From Anaeramoeba ignava BMAN (taxonomy: Eukaryota > Protista > Anaeramoebae), in NCBI GenBank assembly GCA_028826165.1, contig JAPDFW010000022.1, positions 186,001 through 250,000 on the forward strand: DNA of 64,000 nucleotides, read 5' to 3'. Position 1 is the first letter of the stretch. Every line of letters begins with the position of its first letter. A program made the position numbers and the translations under genes. Shown piece after piece: positions 59,738 to 64,000 of this stretch. The notes beneath the pieces were generated by a model. It was not told the DNA's origin. It was given only the letters and a program-made list of their open reading frames with translations, and did not search any database.

Positions 59738-62700
59738 TTAAGGCCAAATTCCCAATTCAGTGTAAACATCAGCAACTTTTTGGATAGAATTGATATAAGC
59801 AGCAATTCTGTAATTGACAGCAAACTTTTTAGCAGTTAATTGAATTTGTTTGAAAGTAGTTTTCATAATATGTTCCAAACCAGTTTCAATTAACATTTCT
59901 TCATCACCACCACGAATAATGATTTCCTTTTCTTTATCATTAAATTTGACTGAGAATTTTTTTTCCAAAATATCAAGAAGAGTGAGTTTGCTATTTTCTT
60001 CATATCTTGTAGTCATTCTTCCGAAATCAACATGGGTCAAGTTTTTGAGCCACTCAAAATAACTAGCAATAACACTTCCTGAATTTGCAAAAATATCTGG
60101 AATGATTAAGACTCCTCTGCCTTGGAGTTGTTCTTCGCCTTCAAGAGTGCAACCGCCAGAAGTTCCTTCCACAATAATTCTTGCCTTGATTTTGGGAGCT
60201 GTTTCTCCAGTGATTTCCGCAACAGAACTTGCAGGAATGAAGATGTCTGCCTCTTTGAATATTAAATCTTGTGGATTTTCAATTTGTTCCGAATTTGGAA
60301 AATTCATGATTGATCCTGTTTGATTTTTCCATTCCCGAAGCTTCTCAATATCAAATCCATCCGCGTTGTATATTGCTCCGTTTGAATCAGAAACTCCAAC
60401 AACTTTTGCTTTTCCTCTTAATGAAAAACTTTTTGCTGCTGAATATCCAACTGCTCCAAATCCACTGATGATCACGCTTTTTCCTTCAATTCCTGTGCTT
60501 AATCCTATTTTCGCCATCTCGTTTACGTCTTTTAATACTTCTTGTGTTGCAAAGAATATTCCTAATCCTGTTGGATCATAACTTATTTGTAATCCATTAG
60601 TTCGTGGACTTTTACCTAATTTCCAAAAGGAAATTATATTATTTATTATATTAATTATTTTATATTAATTAATTTATTAATTATTTTATAAATTAATTTA
60701 TAAATTATTTTATTAATTATTTTATAAATTAATTTATAAATTATTTTATTAATTATTTTATAAATTAATTTATAAATTATTTTATTAATTATTTTATAAA
60801 TTATTATATTAATTATTTTATTAATTATTTTATTAATTATTTTATAAATTATTTTATTAATTATTTTATAAATTATTTTATTAATTATTTTATTAATTAT
60901 TTTATTAATTATTTTATAAATTATTTTATTAATTATTTTATAAATTATTTTATTAATTATTTTATTAATTATTTTATTAATTATTTTATAAATTATTTTA
61001 TTAATTAATTTATTAATTAATTTATTAATTAATTTATTAATTATTTTATTAATTATTTTATAAATTATTTTATTAATTAATTTATTAATTAATTTTATTA
61101 ATTAATTTATTAATTAATTTATTAATTAATTTATTAATTATTTTATAAATTATTTTATTAATTATTTTATTAATTAATTTATTAATTATTTTATTAATTA
61201 TTTTATTAATTATTTTATTAATTATTTTATTAATTATTTTATTAATTATTTTATTAATTATTTTATTAATTATTTTATTAATTAATTTATTAATTAATTT
61301 ATTAATTATTTTATAAATTAATTTATTAATTATTTTATTAATTATTTTATTAATTATTTTATAAATTATTTTATAAATTATTTTTATTATTTATTTTATT
61401 AATTATTTTTATTATTTATTTTATTAATTATTTTATAATTTATTTTATTAATTATTTTATTAATTAATTTATTAATTATTTTATTAATTATTTTATTAAT
61501 TATTTTATAAATTATTTTATTAATTATTTTATAAATTATTTTATTAATTATTTTATTAATTATTTTATTAATTATTTTATTAATTATTTTATAAATTATT
61601 TTATAAATTATTTTATTAATTATTTTATTAATTATTTTATAAATTATTTTATTAATTATTATATAAATTATTTTATAAATTATTTTATAAATTATTTTAT
61701 TAATTATTTTATAAATTATTTTATAAATTATTTTATTAATTATTTTATAAATTATTTTATAAATTTATTAATTATTTTATAAATTATTTTATAAATTATT
61801 TTTATTAATTATTTTATAAATTAATTTATTAATTAATTTATTATTTATTTTATTAATTATTTTATAAATTATTTTATAAATTATTTTATTAATTATTTTA
61901 TTAATTATTTTATTATTTATTTATTAATTATTTTATTAATTATTTTATTAATTATTTTATAATTTATTTTATTAATTAATTTATTAATTAATTTATTAAT
62001 TATTTTATTAATTATTTTATTAATTATTTTATAAATTATTTTATTAATTATTTTATAAATTATTTTATTAATTATTTTATTAATTAATTTATTAATTATT
62101 TTATTAATTATTTTATTAATTATTTTATTAATTATTTTATTAATTATTTTATTAATTATTTTATTAATTATTTTATAAATTATTTTATTAATTATTTTTA
62201 TTAATTAATTTATTAATTATTTTATTAATTATTTTATTAATTATTTTTATAAATTATTTTATTAATTATTTTATAAATTATTTTATAAATTATTTTATTA
62301 ATTATTTTATAAATTATTTTATAAATTATTTTATTAATTATTTTTATTAATTATTTTATTAATTATTTTATTAATTATTTTATTAATTATTTTATTAATT
62401 AATTTATTAATTATTATATTAATTATTTTATTAATTATTTTATTAATTATTTTTATTAATTATTTTATTAATTAATTTATTAATTAATTTATTAATTATT
62501 TTATAAATTAATTTATTAATTATTTTATTAATTATTTTATTAATTATTTTATAAATTATTTTATAAATTATTTTATTATTTATTTTATTAATTATTTTAT
62601 TATTTATTTTATAATTTATTTTATTAATTAATTTATTAATTAATTTATTAATTATTTTATTAATTATTTTTATTAATTATTTTATAAATTATTTTATTAA

Positions 62701-63836
62701 TTATTTTATAAATTATTTTATTAATTATTTTATTAATTATTTTATTAATTATTTTATTAATTATTTTTATAAATTATTTTATAAATTATTTTATTAATTA
62801 TTTTATTAATTATTTTATAAATTATTTTATAAATTATTTTATTAATTATTTTATTAATTATTTTATAAATTATTTTATTAATTATTATATAAATTATTTT
62901 ATAAATTATTTTATTAATTATTTTATAAATTATTTTATAAATTTATTAATTATTTTATTAATTAATTTATATCGACTTGGAAAATTGATTTGGAAAATTT
63001 ATTTCAAAATTGATTTGTAAAATTATTTTATATTCATTTGTAAAATTAATTTATATTGATTTGTAAAATTATTTTATAAAATTATTGAATTGATTATTGA
63101 TATTCAAATTGAAATTAAAAAGAAAGAAAAAAAATTTTTTTATAATTAAAAAAAAAAACAAAAAAAACAAACCAGTTGAAACAGAAGCTCTATTAATATC
63201 TTCAGGACGGAAAGTTTGATACATTTGTTGAATCCAATCCATTTCTTGATTTCCAGATCCCAATTCAGGACGAAAAACATCAACAGAAGGACCTAAGAAC
63301 CTTCTTTTAAGAAGTTCAGAAGAAAAACGTCTTAAAATTTTTTCAATTTGAGAATCAGTGAATTCTTTTTTATTGATTTTTATTCCCGCCTTAGCTCCTC
63401 CTAACGGAATATCAACACACGCGCACTGAAGCGTTTTAAGAGCTGCGTGTGCTTGAATATCCTCGAGATTGATATTATCCGAAATCATTAATCCGCCGAT
63501 GAAGGGAATCTTGTGATGCGAATGCTGTGCTTTATATGCCTCGATCACTTTGAAATCGCTTTTTTTGTTATCCGCTTCAACTTGTAAAGGGAGGATTATT
63601 GATAAGGTTGACTTGCATTGCTTAATATAACCTAGTAGTCCTGAATTGTGATTCACAAATCCTGCGGCTCGATCGTAATATTTCTCTACTTGCTTCTTCA
63701 GTGTCGATTCAATCGTTTTTGTTGTGCTGAAATGATTTAAAAAAATATTTTTTGTAATTGTTGATTTTCTTTGTTGTTTGGAAAGGTAATTAATTGCTGA
63801 GATGGTTTTTGTTGGAATTTTTTGACACCGAAGCAT
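59738..63836 (-). CDS. Glutamate dehydrogenase-like protein (antenna type, N-terminal targeting peptide, degenerate active site); exons 63836-63173, 60615-59738; 513 aa
   Basis: AYKAQHSHH, VDIPLGGAKAGIKIN, LGPSVD, EMDWI, STG-K, GFGAVG, IIPDIFANSGSVIASYFEWLKNLTHVDFGRM. Confidence 0.93.
60630..62970. repeat. 12-bp A/T-only satellite (AATTATTTTATW)n filling the GDH intron (60616-63172)
   Basis: Direct reading; ~2.3 kb with no C or G. Confidence 0.95.
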
Positions 63837-64000
63837 TTGTGAAAAATTAAGAAAAAAAATAAGAAAAAATGAATTTTGTTTTTCTTTCTTTTTTTTCTTT
63901 TTTTTTTGAAATTAAAAAGTTCCCTTTATTAAAAAGTTCTCTTTCCACATTTTCATTTTCATTTTGATTTTCATTTTCATTTTGATATTTATATTGATAT

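Noticed and set aside
1-64000. Inteins, transposases, tRNA/rRNA genes
   Set aside because: No Hint (C...HN-C/S/T), homing endonuclease, DDE or RT motifs and no structured-RNA signatures were recognised by eye; a covariance-model search was not possible.
1-64000. Stop-codon reassignment
   Set aside because: TAA, TAG and TGA all terminate conserved proteins at expected positions; interruptions are explained by introns or 1-bp indels.

Overview
Very AT-rich, intron-containing eukaryotic DNA using the standard code and GT-AG introns. The RCC1-BTB expansion, parabasalid-like initiator motif and organelle-targeted GDH suggest an anaerobic protist such as Anaeramoeba (inference). About 24 gene models were read by hand. 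They include RPL31, a CRAMP1/TKI1-like protein, a SNAP-25-type SNARE, NTM1, VPS26, a Ted1/PGAP5 phosphoesterase plus a truncated inverted copy, seven intronless RCC1-BTB paralogues, an FG-GAP/FN3 membrane protein, a PH-coiled coil-RUN-RUN protein, a calmodulin-like protein, a BTB protein, VPS41, a C2-TPR-PH-CaaX protein, a Zn finger-PIP-WD40 protein and a degenerate GDH. The highlights are: (1) a ~1,895-aa single-pass receptor joining a beta-helix/EGF/12xFN3 ectodomain to an intact RasGAP domain; (2) an RCC1-BTB cassette library with hypervariable propeller loops, a near-constant BTB half and (TTAAAA)n spacers; (3) a GDH lacking glutamate-binding residues; (4) an inverted duplication producing an in-frame VPS26-Ted1 junction; and (5) private, AG-free satellites inflating individual introns. 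All assignments come from motif reading, not database searches.
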